A DNA stretch of 63,959 nt, filler included, from Nanobdellota archaeon (GTDB taxonomy: Archaea; Nanobdellota; Nanobdellia; Woesearchaeales; CAZZGN01), in the NCBI GenBank assembly GCA_051819665.1. It is 4 parts of 4 records of this genome, joined end to end, with 100 filler letters (N's around TTAATTAATTAA, not from the genome) between each part and the next. Parts side by side here need not be neighbours in the genome. Positions count along the whole stretch, not along the records: positions 17,859 to 35,602 come from JBNJDG010000021.1; positions 35,703 to 53,027 come from JBNJDG010000022.1; 2 more parts are not named here. One strand, given 5' to 3'. The notes below the pieces were generated by a model. The model ran no database searches. It had not been told where the DNA came from and was given only the letters and a program-made list of their open reading frames with translations. Made by a program: the position numbers and the translations under genes. Within the stretch, counting starts at the first letter, position 1. Each line of letters begins with the position of its first letter. Shown piece after piece: positions 29,287-38,581 of the stretch.

Positions 29287-29910
29287 ATGGTGGGAAAAGA
29301 TGCTCTGGTCACACCTTCAGAGATACATCTTATAGGCAGGATGGAAGATCATCTATCGCATATAGATGAGGTCCTGCCAAGGGAAAGATGGACAAACAAC
29401 AAGATCCTGAGGGATTTTGCAAGGAGAAACATAAGCCAGATGGAGAAGGATAATAATAGCTTCTTCATGAATCCCTGCTCAGACCTATCCTCATACCTGC
29501 TGTATCTTTTGTCTTTTGATAGAGAGATAAATAAACCTAGGCTGGGAGCGGCAGAAGAGATCAATAGTTATGGATTCCCATCGATACATAATTATGTCCT
29601 TCTCGAGTACCATGGGGAGACATACCTTATGGACTTCAGCTCGCATAATGAAGTCTTATTGAGGAAGGGAGGTGAGTACAGGAACCCAAACCCGGAGGTT
29701 AAGACTCTCAACACTTATGTTTTTCATGAACCATTTCAGCCGGAAAAGAATATCATTGAGAATTATGGTGATTATTTTAAGAGGTTCAGGTTCTTTGATC
29801 TTGACATGATCATCAATAAATTAGTGAAAGATAATCATCTGGATGAGTTCTTAGATTATAAGGAAAGGATGAAAGGTAAAGAGAATCTGTACCTGAAATA
29901 TATGGGCTAG
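29287..29910 (+). CDS. Hypothetical protein, possible transglutaminase/papain-like Cys-His-Asp fold
   Basis: PCSDLS...IHNYV...LMDFS order and spacing. Confidence 0.45.
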   Translation: MVGKDALVTPSEIHLIGRMEDHLSHIDEVLPRERWTNNKILRDFARRNISQMEKDNNSFFMNPCSDLSSYLLYLLSFDREINKPRLGAAEEINSYGFPSIHNYVLLEYHGETYLMDFSSHNEVLLRKGGEYRNPNPEVKTLNTYVFHEPFQPEKNIIENYGDYFKRFRFFDLDMIINKLVKDNHLDEFLDYKERMKGKENLYLKYMG

Positions 29911-29922
29911 TATAAGTTCAGA

Positions 29923-30210
29923 TCAAAGGGATTCTTGCATATCTTCTGACCTCTTTCTCCTAGTAATGTCAGGTTTTCCCTCTTTGTTTATCCTATTGCG
30001 GTTCATATCATGGTGTTTTTTAACTATCTCATAGAATTTGTCCATCATATGATCTGGGGTTTTTTTGTAAGCTTCATTGATCAGACCCTTGTTATAGGAA
30101 CGATCCCTGTTAATGTTAAATCCCCAGTTGTCATTCCAAAGCGCATAATCGAGCTTGTTCAGAGCCTCAAGTTCATAAACGGGTGTATTCTCGAATTTGT
30201 ATGAAACCAT
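29923..30210 (-). CDS. Hypothetical protein
   Basis: 95-aa ORF directly downstream of cbf5 with AGGTGA ribosome-binding site. Confidence 0.55.
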   Translation of the reverse strand: MVSYKFENTPVYELEALNKLDYALWNDNWGFNINRDRSYNKGLINEAYKKTPDHMMDKFYEIVKKHHDMNRNRINKEGKPDITRRKRSEDMQESL

Positions 30211-30214
30211 ATTA

Positions 30215-31162
30215 TCACCTGCTTATCCTCGGGTAAAGACCGGGTTCCATGAATATCTTCTCGGTCTTCACGGCTATGCCCTTGCCGGACATTATCTGCT
30301 CAGGTTCCATCCTGGATGTCCCGATGCCTATCAACTCGTTCTTGAGTGTAAGCACAGCCACTTTCATCTCAGGTCTTATATCATCGGTAAACCTTGATAT
30401 GCCTGGCACAGCCAGATCAGCACCATGACAGAGGTTCTCGACAGTGGTGTCCATCACCCACACCTTGGGAAGATGATCCACTGCTTTCTCTACAGGCATT
30501 ATTATATCCCTGAGGAATTTCTCATTGCCATTGTCATAGTAATACTTAGCATCTGCAAGATCCTGCAAGGTCCATGAGTTCTCGAGAGAGAATAGACCTG
30601 CTCTTGTCCTGAGCAATTGAGCCATATGAGCCCCAGAGCCCAGTTTATTACCTATGTCATGACATAGTTTCCTTATATAAGTGCCGGCCTGACAGCTTAT
30701 CGTGAAAAGGACATCCTGTCCTTTGATATCGTTGATCTTGATGTAATATATCTTCCTCTTCCTTACCCTCCTCTTGATAGCGCTCTTAAGGGGAGGGAGT
30801 TGTTCGATGACACCTACGAAAGAAGAAATGGCCTTCCTGATCTCGTATTCCTGATGCTCATCGTGAAGATGCATAAGACAGACATATTCTTTGCCTGCCG
30901 GAAGAAGGTAATTGACTATTCTTGTGGCTCTTCCTGTAGCAACGGGAAGGACTCCGGTGACTTTCGGGTCGAGAGTTCCTGAATGTCCTGATTTATTTAT
31001 CCCGAGGATATCCTGTACATAAGAGCTGACCTGATGTGAAGTGGGCCCTTTAGGCTTATCTATGTTCATCATACCATAAGACAGCATCTCTGATAATGGT
31101 CTCTCCCACTGGCCGAACTTATCGCTTGTCTCAGCCTCTTTCCGGATTATCTCTTCGGTCAT
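30215..31162 (-). CDS. cbf5: H/ACA pseudouridine synthase Cbf5
   Basis: IDKPKGPTSHQV, GHSGTLDPKVTGVL, GTYIRKLC, PUA domain. Confidence 0.96.
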   Translation of the reverse strand: MTEEIIRKEAETSDKFGQWERPLSEMLSYGMMNIDKPKGPTSHQVSSYVQDILGINKSGHSGTLDPKVTGVLPVATGRATRIVNYLLPAGKEYVCLMHLHDEHQEYEIRKAISSFVGVIEQLPPLKSAIKRRVRKRKIYYIKINDIKGQDVLFTISCQAGTYIRKLCHDIGNKLGSGAHMAQLLRTRAGLFSLENSWTLQDLADAKYYYDNGNEKFLRDIIMPVEKAVDHLPKVWVMDTTVENLCHGADLAVPGISRFTDDIRPEMKVAVLTLKNELIGIGTSRMEPEQIMSGKGIAVKTEKIFMEPGLYPRISR

Positions 31163-31268
31163 GGACCTTGAGTATCCTCAATTGGTTTTTAAGGGTTTTG
31201 GTTAGATGGTTTTCTTTCAGGTTAGGTTAAGCTAAACATTTATAAATAACCCTGCGAATGGATTACCT

Positions 31269-32030
31269 ATGTTGAAAATTTTCCTCAAAGGGCTCCTGAT
31301 GGGTGCTTGTGATATAATACCGGGCATCTCGGGAGGGACAATAGCTTTCATCACAGGCATTTATGAAAGGCTTATCAGAGCAGTAAAAGATGTCCTTAAG
31401 TTCAGGTTCAGGGACCTTGGTTTCCTGGTGACATTATTCGCAGGCATAGCCATCTCAATCCTTGCCTTATCCGGCCTCATAGAAAGGCTTCTGGAAGGAT
31501 ATTTCGCTTATACTATCTCTTTCTTCATAGGCCTAATCATAGCTTCGATAATACCAATCTACAGGAAGACAAGGCTTAACTGGTACCTGCTCTTAGGAGG
31601 ATTGATAGGGTTATCATTAAGTCTCCTGTCACCAGCGGAATCCGCACTCGGCTTAGGTTATATCTTCCTTACTGGTTTCATAGCAATTAGTGCGATGTTT
31701 CTGCCCGGTATTTCAGGAGCTTTCATAATGCTGATGATGGGCTCTTACTCTTATATGATCTCCGTGATCCACTCTGTTGATGTGAAGCCTCTCCTGACTT
31801 TCATCCTTGGCGCTCTGGCCGGTGCATACTTCATCTCAAGGCTGATGTCTTATCTGCTGAAAAAATATAAAAGAAATACGTTCAATGTCTTGCTTGGTCT
31901 TCTCATTGGAGCATTGTCAGTGCCCATAAGCGACCTTGTCCAGGCAGGTCCTCATTTTACAGGGGACGTTATCTCGTTCTTTATGATTGCAGCGGCAGGC
32001 TTCTTCACGGTCAAGGTAATAGAACCCTGA
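31269..32030 (+). CDS. DUF368 membrane protein
   Basis: DIIPGISGGTIA and MFLPGISGA repeats. Confidence 0.9.
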   Translation: MLKIFLKGLLMGACDIIPGISGGTIAFITGIYERLIRAVKDVLKFRFRDLGFLVTLFAGIAISILALSGLIERLLEGYFAYTISFFIGLIIASIIPIYRKTRLNWYLLLGGLIGLSLSLLSPAESALGLGYIFLTGFIAISAMFLPGISGAFIMLMMGSYSYMISVIHSVDVKPLLTFILGALAGAYFISRLMSYLLKKYKRNTFNVLLGLLIGALSVPISDLVQAGPHFTGDVISFFMIAAAGFFTVKVIEP

Positions 32031-33237
32031 TATCCTTCACCTTCTCTTTTACATAATCGCTTTCAGCAAGATCTCCGACCAGAGATTCCGGTCTGGTGTA
32101 TTTTCTCTTCACTTTGGCATAAACCCTCCCGTCCTTCTCGAATACATCCTGATGCTTCTTCCTGAAGATGTTAACATGATATTCCTGTTTTGACGGAGGA
32201 CCCACCCTTACGAATTCAGGCTCAAGCTCCTCGTCCCTGAGTACATACCAGAATAAGGCTTTCCCGTCCCATTCCCATCCGGAATCAATGACTTCAAAGG
32301 AATTGCTTAGGAGTTTGTTATGGATGTACCTGAAAGCTTTCATGAGCTTGCTCCCCACTACATCATCCTTGCCTTCCAAAGCTGTCGCCCGGAGAGCTAT
32401 CTTTTTACCTTCCCTCTGCTTCAATTTTCTGAGGTTCATGCTCTTTTTCCTGAAGAACCTCATCCCTGGATTATTGAGAAAGTCTTCAGCTGCTTTCCTG
32501 AACTTATCAAATTTCTCTTCAGAGAGTGCAGCTGCTGCGTTCCTGTAAGGGGAGAGAGGATCTATGACGACAAGCGGCGATTCTGTTTTTGCCCTGTTCA
32601 GTTTATCCAGTGCATCTCCCTTATGGAAATCATTGAAGTCTATGACCTGCTTGTCCTTCCACCTTACAGCGGCTCTGAGAAGATTGAGGAAACCATCATA
32701 ATATATGACGAGTATATCCAGGACATGGCCAGAGATGCCTTTTATGTAGCTCTCAGCACCGTACACTCTATTGGCCTTGCAGAAAAGCTTCGCTACTCTT
32801 ATATCATCCTTATGATGCTCTTCAGCATTCTCCCTCACCCAGTCCACATGCAAAGGGCTCATATCAGTTACATTCCCTGCTTCTTTAGTATCCGATATGT
32901 CAAGGACAGGGATTATCTCATATTGAATCTCTTCATCAAGCTGGAAATAATCCCTGGAGCCGTGCACTCTTTTAGGCTTCATTGGTTCAAGAATCTCTTC
33001 GAGGATTGCAGAGATATCCTCTTCCGCATAGCTCTTATCGAACTTCACGAAGATGTCGATATCATAATCATCTTTTATATATGTGCCCTTGGCCAGAGAA
33101 CCTCCGGGCACAGCTTCAGCATTTATGTTCTTGTCCTTGATGAGAGAATTTATCCTTGTTAGGATATCATCAGCAGGTGCTACTTCTACAGGCCGTGTCC
33201 TTTCCCTGATCCTCTCTATTACCTTTTCAGCTTTCAT
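32011..33237 (-). CDS. cca: CCA-adding enzyme (archaeal class I)
   Basis: GGSLAKGTY...DIDIF, YGAESYIKG, VIDP...RNAAAAL. Confidence 0.93.
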   Translation of the reverse strand: MKAEKVIERIRERTRPVEVAPADDILTRINSLIKDKNINAEAVPGGSLAKGTYIKDDYDIDIFVKFDKSYAEEDISAILEEILEPMKPKRVHGSRDYFQLDEEIQYEIIPVLDISDTKEAGNVTDMSPLHVDWVRENAEEHHKDDIRVAKLFCKANRVYGAESYIKGISGHVLDILVIYYDGFLNLLRAAVRWKDKQVIDFNDFHKGDALDKLNRAKTESPLVVIDPLSPYRNAAAALSEEKFDKFRKAAEDFLNNPGMRFFRKKSMNLRKLKQREGKKIALRATALEGKDDVVGSKLMKAFRYIHNKLLSNSFEVIDSGWEWDGKALFWYVLRDEELEPEFVRVGPPSKQEYHVNIFRKKHQDVFEKDGRVYAKVKRKYTRPESLVGDLAESDYVKEKVKDIRVLLP

Positions 33238-34777
33238 CTTTATTAAGGTCCTGTGATCCGTTTTTAAACTTTTTGACCTTCCATGCTCCAAGAACTCTTG
33301 CCTTGAACCAATATCTTGCTATATTATCGAGATAGTTCTCTGTGCTTTCTTTCTTACCCTCAACATCGTTCTCCCTGAGCTTCCTCGGGAGCTTTTTAGC
33401 GGGATACCAATATTCGATGTTCTTCTTTTTACTGGAACATAAATTCTTCCTCTTAAGGCCTTTAAGGATCTCCCTAGTCTCCTCCTCGCTTTTCTTCATC
33501 TTAAAGGACAGCCAGTCAATACCTCTGCCGGCTTTAAGGAGCCTTAACAGCTTTATCTCTTCCTTTCCGAGCTTGTAGAGAGGTGAGAGATCATGCTTCC
33601 TGCCATTCTTATCGATCATCTTTCCTGTATCAGGGTCTATGACTATTGTGTAGTCTCTCCAGAAGCTTTTCCTGAGCTTGAAGACATGGTATGTGTCGTG
33701 TTTCATCATAGCTGAGATATCATCCTCAGTAAGAGTCTTATGCTCCGTCTTCAGCTTTCTTGTACTGAACCTCTGTGTCTCTGCATAATTGTCAGGTGAG
33801 AATAACACAAATTCTCCTGGTTTGAGGCTTGGAAGTTCTTTTATGTTCTCTTTCATGACATCCTGTACTTTTTTCCTGTCCTGCTTAGTTGTAAGCCTGC
33901 CAACAGCCCAGGTACCGAACTGAGCGAAAGCCATATAGTCAATATCCCCTGGGTTCTGTGTAGCGACGATACACCCTAAGCCATATTTCCTTGCCTGTTT
34001 GTATAGCAGTTTGAGTATCTCCTTTGTAATAGGTTTCCTGGCACCGGCGGGAAGATAAGGGGCTATCTCATCTATTACGAAGAGGGCCTGCAGCTTTTGC
34101 GAAGGATGTTTGAGCATCCATTCATAGAGCTCTTTCACCAGGCCTGCGACGAAGAATTCTTTCTCCTCATCCGAGACGAGAGAGTTTAGGTAGATTATGT
34201 TCACACCTTTCATCATCCTGTCGAAGTCGAGTTTCTCACCCTCCTCGAATATCATCCTGTTCCTGCCGATTGTGAGGAGCTTAAGCTTTCTTATGATCTC
34301 CTTCATATGCCCCTGATTGACAAGGAAATCCTTGATCCGGCTCTGATCCATCGAGTTCATATGATCGATCATCTCTTCAAAGCTTGAGAATTCTTTCTCC
34401 GAGAGGATTGTATAGAATATTCCCTTGGTAGCAGAACCTTTGTCACTCCTCGGATCATAGCCTATGAGCTTTGTGATCGAATTTGCGACCTGGTCAGTGA
34501 GATTGAGCCTGTCATCCTTGTCCTTCACATTTATCTTCAACGGATTGATGCTCAAAGGAATGCCTTTGGAACTTCCGGGTGTAAAGATCTTTGCATCCAA
34601 ACCTAATGCCAGGCTTGAAAGGTCTCCCTGTGGGTCAATGATCACAGAGGGTATCCCTTCTTTCGTGGCTTCCTCTATTATCGCTTTCGTAAGCACGGTC
34701 TTCCCGGAGCCGCTCGAGCCGAGAGCTATGAAATGCTTTTTCAGGCTCTCCCTGTCCAGCTTTATACCTATATCCAT
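33227..34777 (-). CDS. HerA/FtsK-like ATPase (DUF87-type) with C-terminal winged-helix-like region
   Basis: GSSGSGKT, IDPQGD, IDE, ARKYG, ATQNP. Confidence 0.82.
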   Translation of the reverse strand: MDIGIKLDRESLKKHFIALGSSGSGKTVLTKAIIEEATKEGIPSVIIDPQGDLSSLALGLDAKIFTPGSSKGIPLSINPLKINVKDKDDRLNLTDQVANSITKLIGYDPRSDKGSATKGIFYTILSEKEFSSFEEMIDHMNSMDQSRIKDFLVNQGHMKEIIRKLKLLTIGRNRMIFEEGEKLDFDRMMKGVNIIYLNSLVSDEEKEFFVAGLVKELYEWMLKHPSQKLQALFVIDEIAPYLPAGARKPITKEILKLLYKQARKYGLGCIVATQNPGDIDYMAFAQFGTWAVGRLTTKQDRKKVQDVMKENIKELPSLKPGEFVLFSPDNYAETQRFSTRKLKTEHKTLTEDDISAMMKHDTYHVFKLRKSFWRDYTIVIDPDTGKMIDKNGRKHDLSPLYKLGKEEIKLLRLLKAGRGIDWLSFKMKKSEEETREILKGLKRKNLCSSKKKNIEYWYPAKKLPRKLRENDVEGKKESTENYLDNIARYWFKARVLGAWKVKKFKNGSQDLNKDES

Positions 34778-34870
34778 ATACTAATACTTGTAGACAGGGT
34801 TTATATATTTTTGGGCATACTGGTTCAGGATATGGTAAATTTTAAATACTTTCAGTTATAAGTTCAGGAT

Positions 34871-35602
34871 ATGAAGAGGTGGCTCATATTATCGGTAGTA
34901 GCAGTTTTCTTTCTCATGTCTATGTCAGCGTCAGCAGAGGAGAGTGTGAAGATGCTCTCGCATAATTATACTGAGCTGGAAGGTCATAATCTCACTGCCT
35001 GGGCAGATCAGGAAGATTGGTCTTCAGCTGTAGTCAGTTATAAGAATGATACCAGCATAGTACAGCAGGGCAAATGCGAGAATGTATCTGGTCATCTTGT
35101 ATGTTATGATGGGCCCGGCTTCGATTATGATGAGGGTATAGGTGACTGGATCGATAATGAGCAGTATCCCCAGTTGAACTTCACCATCTATGGTCTTGAT
35201 CCTGAGTTTACGATAGAGAGGGATATAACAAAAAAAACGGATTTTGTCTATGACAGGGTCAAGGTGAAAGTGAAGATAAGGAACGACGGGAAGCAGAGGC
35301 TTGATGGAGTGATCTATACTGAAGACATTCCCGAGTCTTTCTTGGTGGATTCTGTTCCCGATTCGGTGAGGAGAGAAGGAAATGAACTTGTCTGGAAAGG
35401 CAGCTTCCTTCCATTTGAGGAAGAAACCTTCAAATATTCTTTCAAGCCGACGAAGGATGGGAGAGAGAACATAACAGGTCATATGACCCAGGAAGGAGAA
35501 AGGATAGAGAAGAACACTTCCATCATAACCAAACCCTCTTATGAATATGATGTAGATTTCAATGAAACAGTGATCCCTGGCCAGGAAGTCAATTATTCCC
35601 TG
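34871..35602 (+). CDS. 3'-partial secreted beta-rich surface protein
   Basis: Signal peptide, NxT/S sequons, V.V.IRNDG...TEDIP pattern; runs into linker. Confidence 0.65.
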
Positions 35603-35702
35603 NNNNNNNNNNNNNNNNNNNNNNNNNNNNNNNNNNNNNNNNNNNNTTAATTAATTAANNNNNNNNNNNNNNNNNNNNNNNNNNNNNNNNNNNNNNNNNN
35701 NN
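35603..35702. other. Artificial contig-joining linker
   Basis: 100 nt of N with central TTAATTAATTAA. Confidence 0.98.
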
Positions 35703-35822
35703 TGGCCCCAAAGTTTGCTCTCTACCGTCATCAGATTGCACCTAAACAGTGGTAATAAAAACATATTTATAAATCTTACTTTCTATAACATTGTTAATAC
35801 CCCACCATAGTAAAAAATATAA

Positions 35823-36983
35823 ATGACCCTGAACGAGCATCCATATATGAAGAATTACGGAGTCATCTCAGGAGCCACTAACCCGGACATACTTGACAAA
35901 TTCATCTGGACACTTGAGGACAAGAACATAGATTCTCTGATCCTCCTCGATGCTTTCTCTGAATGGACAATACCCCAAGGTGAGACCATTGACCACATCC
36001 CCAGAGAAAAGGAGCAAAGGGAAGCTTTCCCCACAAAAGAATCCTATACAAGAGACTTATTCGAGGGACTCGCTGAAAAAGATATAAATGTCTACCCGAT
36101 CCTGGGATATGAAGATAATTATAACCTTTTCAAATCGATCCTCGATACATGTTCCAAAGAGTTCCCGAACATAATCAATACCCTGGAAAACCCTGTCATA
36201 AAAAACGGCAATCATAATCTAGTATTCATCCATGGTGAACCCGATATGTACACCAATGGAGAAAATGACGCCGGAACACCGCTTTATGGAAGGAAAAAGA
36301 ACCATGGCGAACATATCTCTCTACCTGCCTACACTATAGAGAGGGGAGAAATGGACAGGATAACACCCGATGCTTTTCTAGATATCAATGAAAAAATAGA
36401 CACCGGATTCACCAGGGAAGGAGATAATAACACAGGCTCTCTCAAAAATGTCCCGTTGATACATGAAGAAGATATCTACACGAACAGACCTTTCAGGTTC
36501 CATTATACCAATCTCGACCAACTTGACATAAAAGATCCCAACAAAACTGTAATAATATCCTCGATCCCACCCAAAACAAATTTCGAGAACGGCATAGATA
36601 CTAAAGTGGATTTATCTGAGAATGGAGAGACGATGAAGATGGACGAGTTGATAGAGACTATAGAAAACGTCTCTGGATCTGAATTCGGCACCAGTCAATT
36701 CTGGAAAGCTATTGAAAGCATGGGCTATAATAAGGACATAAGAACTATCGGATGCCCCGAGATCTCCAGATATATAAATGATAAAGGCATAAACAAGCTC
36801 ATAAGCTCTCATAATCTTATCGATATCCAGAAAGCGCATGATTCTGAGGGTTATATTGTCAATCCGAGAGAATTCAATAAGAGCCTTTTCTACAATCCCG
36901 GGCAGAGTGAATTCGAAAAAGGAGGCATCTTCGCTATAAAAGGAGAGAAGGCAGGTTATATTAACCTCGATCTTTCCGGTTAG
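35823..36983 (+). CDS. Degenerate metallophosphoesterase-fold protein
   Basis: Motif positions recognisable but substituted (ISGAT, LLDA, GYED, SSHN) with terminal YNPG. Confidence 0.55.
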   Translation: MTLNEHPYMKNYGVISGATNPDILDKFIWTLEDKNIDSLILLDAFSEWTIPQGETIDHIPREKEQREAFPTKESYTRDLFEGLAEKDINVYPILGYEDNYNLFKSILDTCSKEFPNIINTLENPVIKNGNHNLVFIHGEPDMYTNGENDAGTPLYGRKKNHGEHISLPAYTIERGEMDRITPDAFLDINEKIDTGFTREGDNNTGSLKNVPLIHEEDIYTNRPFRFHYTNLDQLDIKDPNKTVIISSIPPKTNFENGIDTKVDLSENGETMKMDELIETIENVSGSEFGTSQFWKAIESMGYNKDIRTIGCPEISRYINDKGINKLISSHNLIDIQKAHDSEGYIVNPREFNKSLFYNPGQSEFEKGGIFAIKGEKAGYINLDLSG

Positions 36984-37924
36984 AACCATTCGAGCTTCTT
37001 CATCATATAGAATCCGCCTATAGACACTACCAGCATGAAAGAGAGAAGGGCTATGAATCCCCATTGTTCTTCAGCCAGAGGAAGATTAACTACATTCATA
37101 CCATAGATGCTCGATATGAGGGTAGGAATTGCTATTATCAGAGCGAGAGCTGTGAGGCGTTTCATGAAATTGTTCATCCGGTAAGAGGCAAGGATGCCCT
37201 GAAAATTGAACATCGTACTTAAGACATCCCTCTCAATCTTCTCTGTATCTATGATCTGTAATACATCAAAGTAGAGATCCTCAAACCGTTCAAGGTCATA
37301 TTTCCTGAAATATTTTGATCTGCTCTTCCTCATGGAATTGAGTACATCCCTGTTCGCTATAAGGGCATTATTAAAGTGGGACAGAGCGATGTTCGCAGAA
37401 TAAAGCTTCAGGAGGTCCTTCTCGGAAGATGAACCATAATTTATCTTATAGTTCTTGACAACAGAGCCGATATGCCTTATGGATTTCTGGAACTCATCAT
37501 TCACCTGACCGAATATATGGAAGATGAAATTCCCTGAACTCTTCCTGAACAGATTCTTCCTCTTACCGCTCCTCAAAAGAGAGGCCAGCCTCTCAAGAAC
37601 ATAAGTATTTGTCCTCTCTATGGTCACAAAAGTGTGTTTCATGAAAAACATATCAAAAGAGACTGTAGTTATGTCCTCCCCTTCAGTAAAAGGAGTCCTG
37701 TAGATTATCTGAAGGAATCTGCCCTCCTCGAACCTTGATCTCTCCTCATCCTCAAGGAAATCATCAAATTCCCCTCTCGGTATGCCGGTGAAGCCAGTGA
37801 CCTTCTCTATCTCATCTTCGGAAGGGTCTATAAGCCTTATCCAGGATGAGTGTGTCTTCTTCAACCCCTTCATGTCCGAAGAACAATTCATCTTTCCCTT
37901 CTTGTCAAGCCAGAATACTTCCAT
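36980..37924 (-). CDS. corA: CorA-family Mg2+ transporter
   Basis: MKRLT...PTLISSIYGMNV; two C-terminal TMs. Confidence 0.92.
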   Translation of the reverse strand: MEVFWLDKKGKMNCSSDMKGLKKTHSSWIRLIDPSEDEIEKVTGFTGIPRGEFDDFLEDEERSRFEEGRFLQIIYRTPFTEGEDITTVSFDMFFMKHTFVTIERTNTYVLERLASLLRSGKRKNLFRKSSGNFIFHIFGQVNDEFQKSIRHIGSVVKNYKINYGSSSEKDLLKLYSANIALSHFNNALIANRDVLNSMRKSRSKYFRKYDLERFEDLYFDVLQIIDTEKIERDVLSTMFNFQGILASYRMNNFMKRLTALALIIAIPTLISSIYGMNVVNLPLAEEQWGFIALLSFMLVVSIGGFYMMKKLEWF

Positions 37925-38007
37925 ATGGAAAACAGAAGAGGAGTTATTTATAAAATTAACCAATCGCAAGTTTTATAAATGAAGCGCTTATCCTCAAAAG
38001 TGATATT

Positions 38008-38403
38008 ATGGCAGTAAAACTCACGAACGTAGGATCATTACAGAAAGGAAGATACGTCGTCCTTGACGGCGAAGCATGTACAGTCACCGATATGAATGTC
38101 TCAAGGCCCGGCAAGCACGGGCATGCCAAGGTCAATCTGACGGCGCAGGGCATCATCGACGGCAAGAAGAGGAACAAGATCATGCCGGGGCATGACAAGA
38201 TAGAGGTTCCCGTGATAGACAAGAAGAACGCGCAGGTGCTCTCAGTGCAGGAAGGCTCGGCGAATGTCATGGACTCCGAAAGCTTCGAGACTTTCGACCT
38301 TGAGATACCATCAGAACTCAAGGACCAGGTATTCGAAGGCGCAACTGTAGTATATTGGGATATCCTCGACAAAAAATTGATGAAACAGGTTAAGAACGAG
38401 TGA
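38008..38403 (+). CDS. eif5a: Translation factor aIF5A
   Basis: SRPGKHGHAK hypusination motif. Confidence 0.96.
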   Translation: MAVKLTNVGSLQKGRYVVLDGEACTVTDMNVSRPGKHGHAKVNLTAQGIIDGKKRNKIMPGHDKIEVPVIDKKNAQVLSVQEGSANVMDSESFETFDLEIPSELKDQVFEGATVVYWDILDKKLMKQVKNE

Positions 38404-38408
38404 TTATT

Positions 38409-38573
38409 ATGGCAAGATTCCCGGAAGCAATGGCAAGGAAATTCAAGAATATTTTTGTAGATAAGGTTACAAAGAAGAAGATCAGGGCACACCCGCTGAA
38501 GGTCCAGGCAGGAAAGATCAGAGGCAGGGGAAAGCACGGAAGCAAGAAGCTAAGGGCCAAGAACTCTAAATAA
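38409..38573 (+). CDS. rpl40e: Ribosomal protein eL40, cysteine-free variant (not in ORF track)
   Basis: 54 aa: MARFPEAMARKFKNIFVDKVTKKKIRAHPLKVQAGKIRGRGKHGSKKLRAKNSK. MARFPEA start typical of archaeal eL40; fills the gap between aIF5A and the next gene. Confidence 0.75.
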   Translation: MARFPEAMARKFKNIFVDKVTKKKIRAHPLKVQAGKIRGRGKHGSKKLRAKNSK

Positions 38574-38581
38574 GGGTGAAA

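Noticed and set aside
14760..34777. NurA and the HerA-like ATPase as one operon
   Set aside because: Different contigs; no linkage can be inferred, and no Mre11/Rad50 is adjacent.
35703..35745. Possible minus-strand RNA start containing TGATGA downstream of a TATA box
   Set aside because: Only about 40 nt before the contig edge; too little to call.
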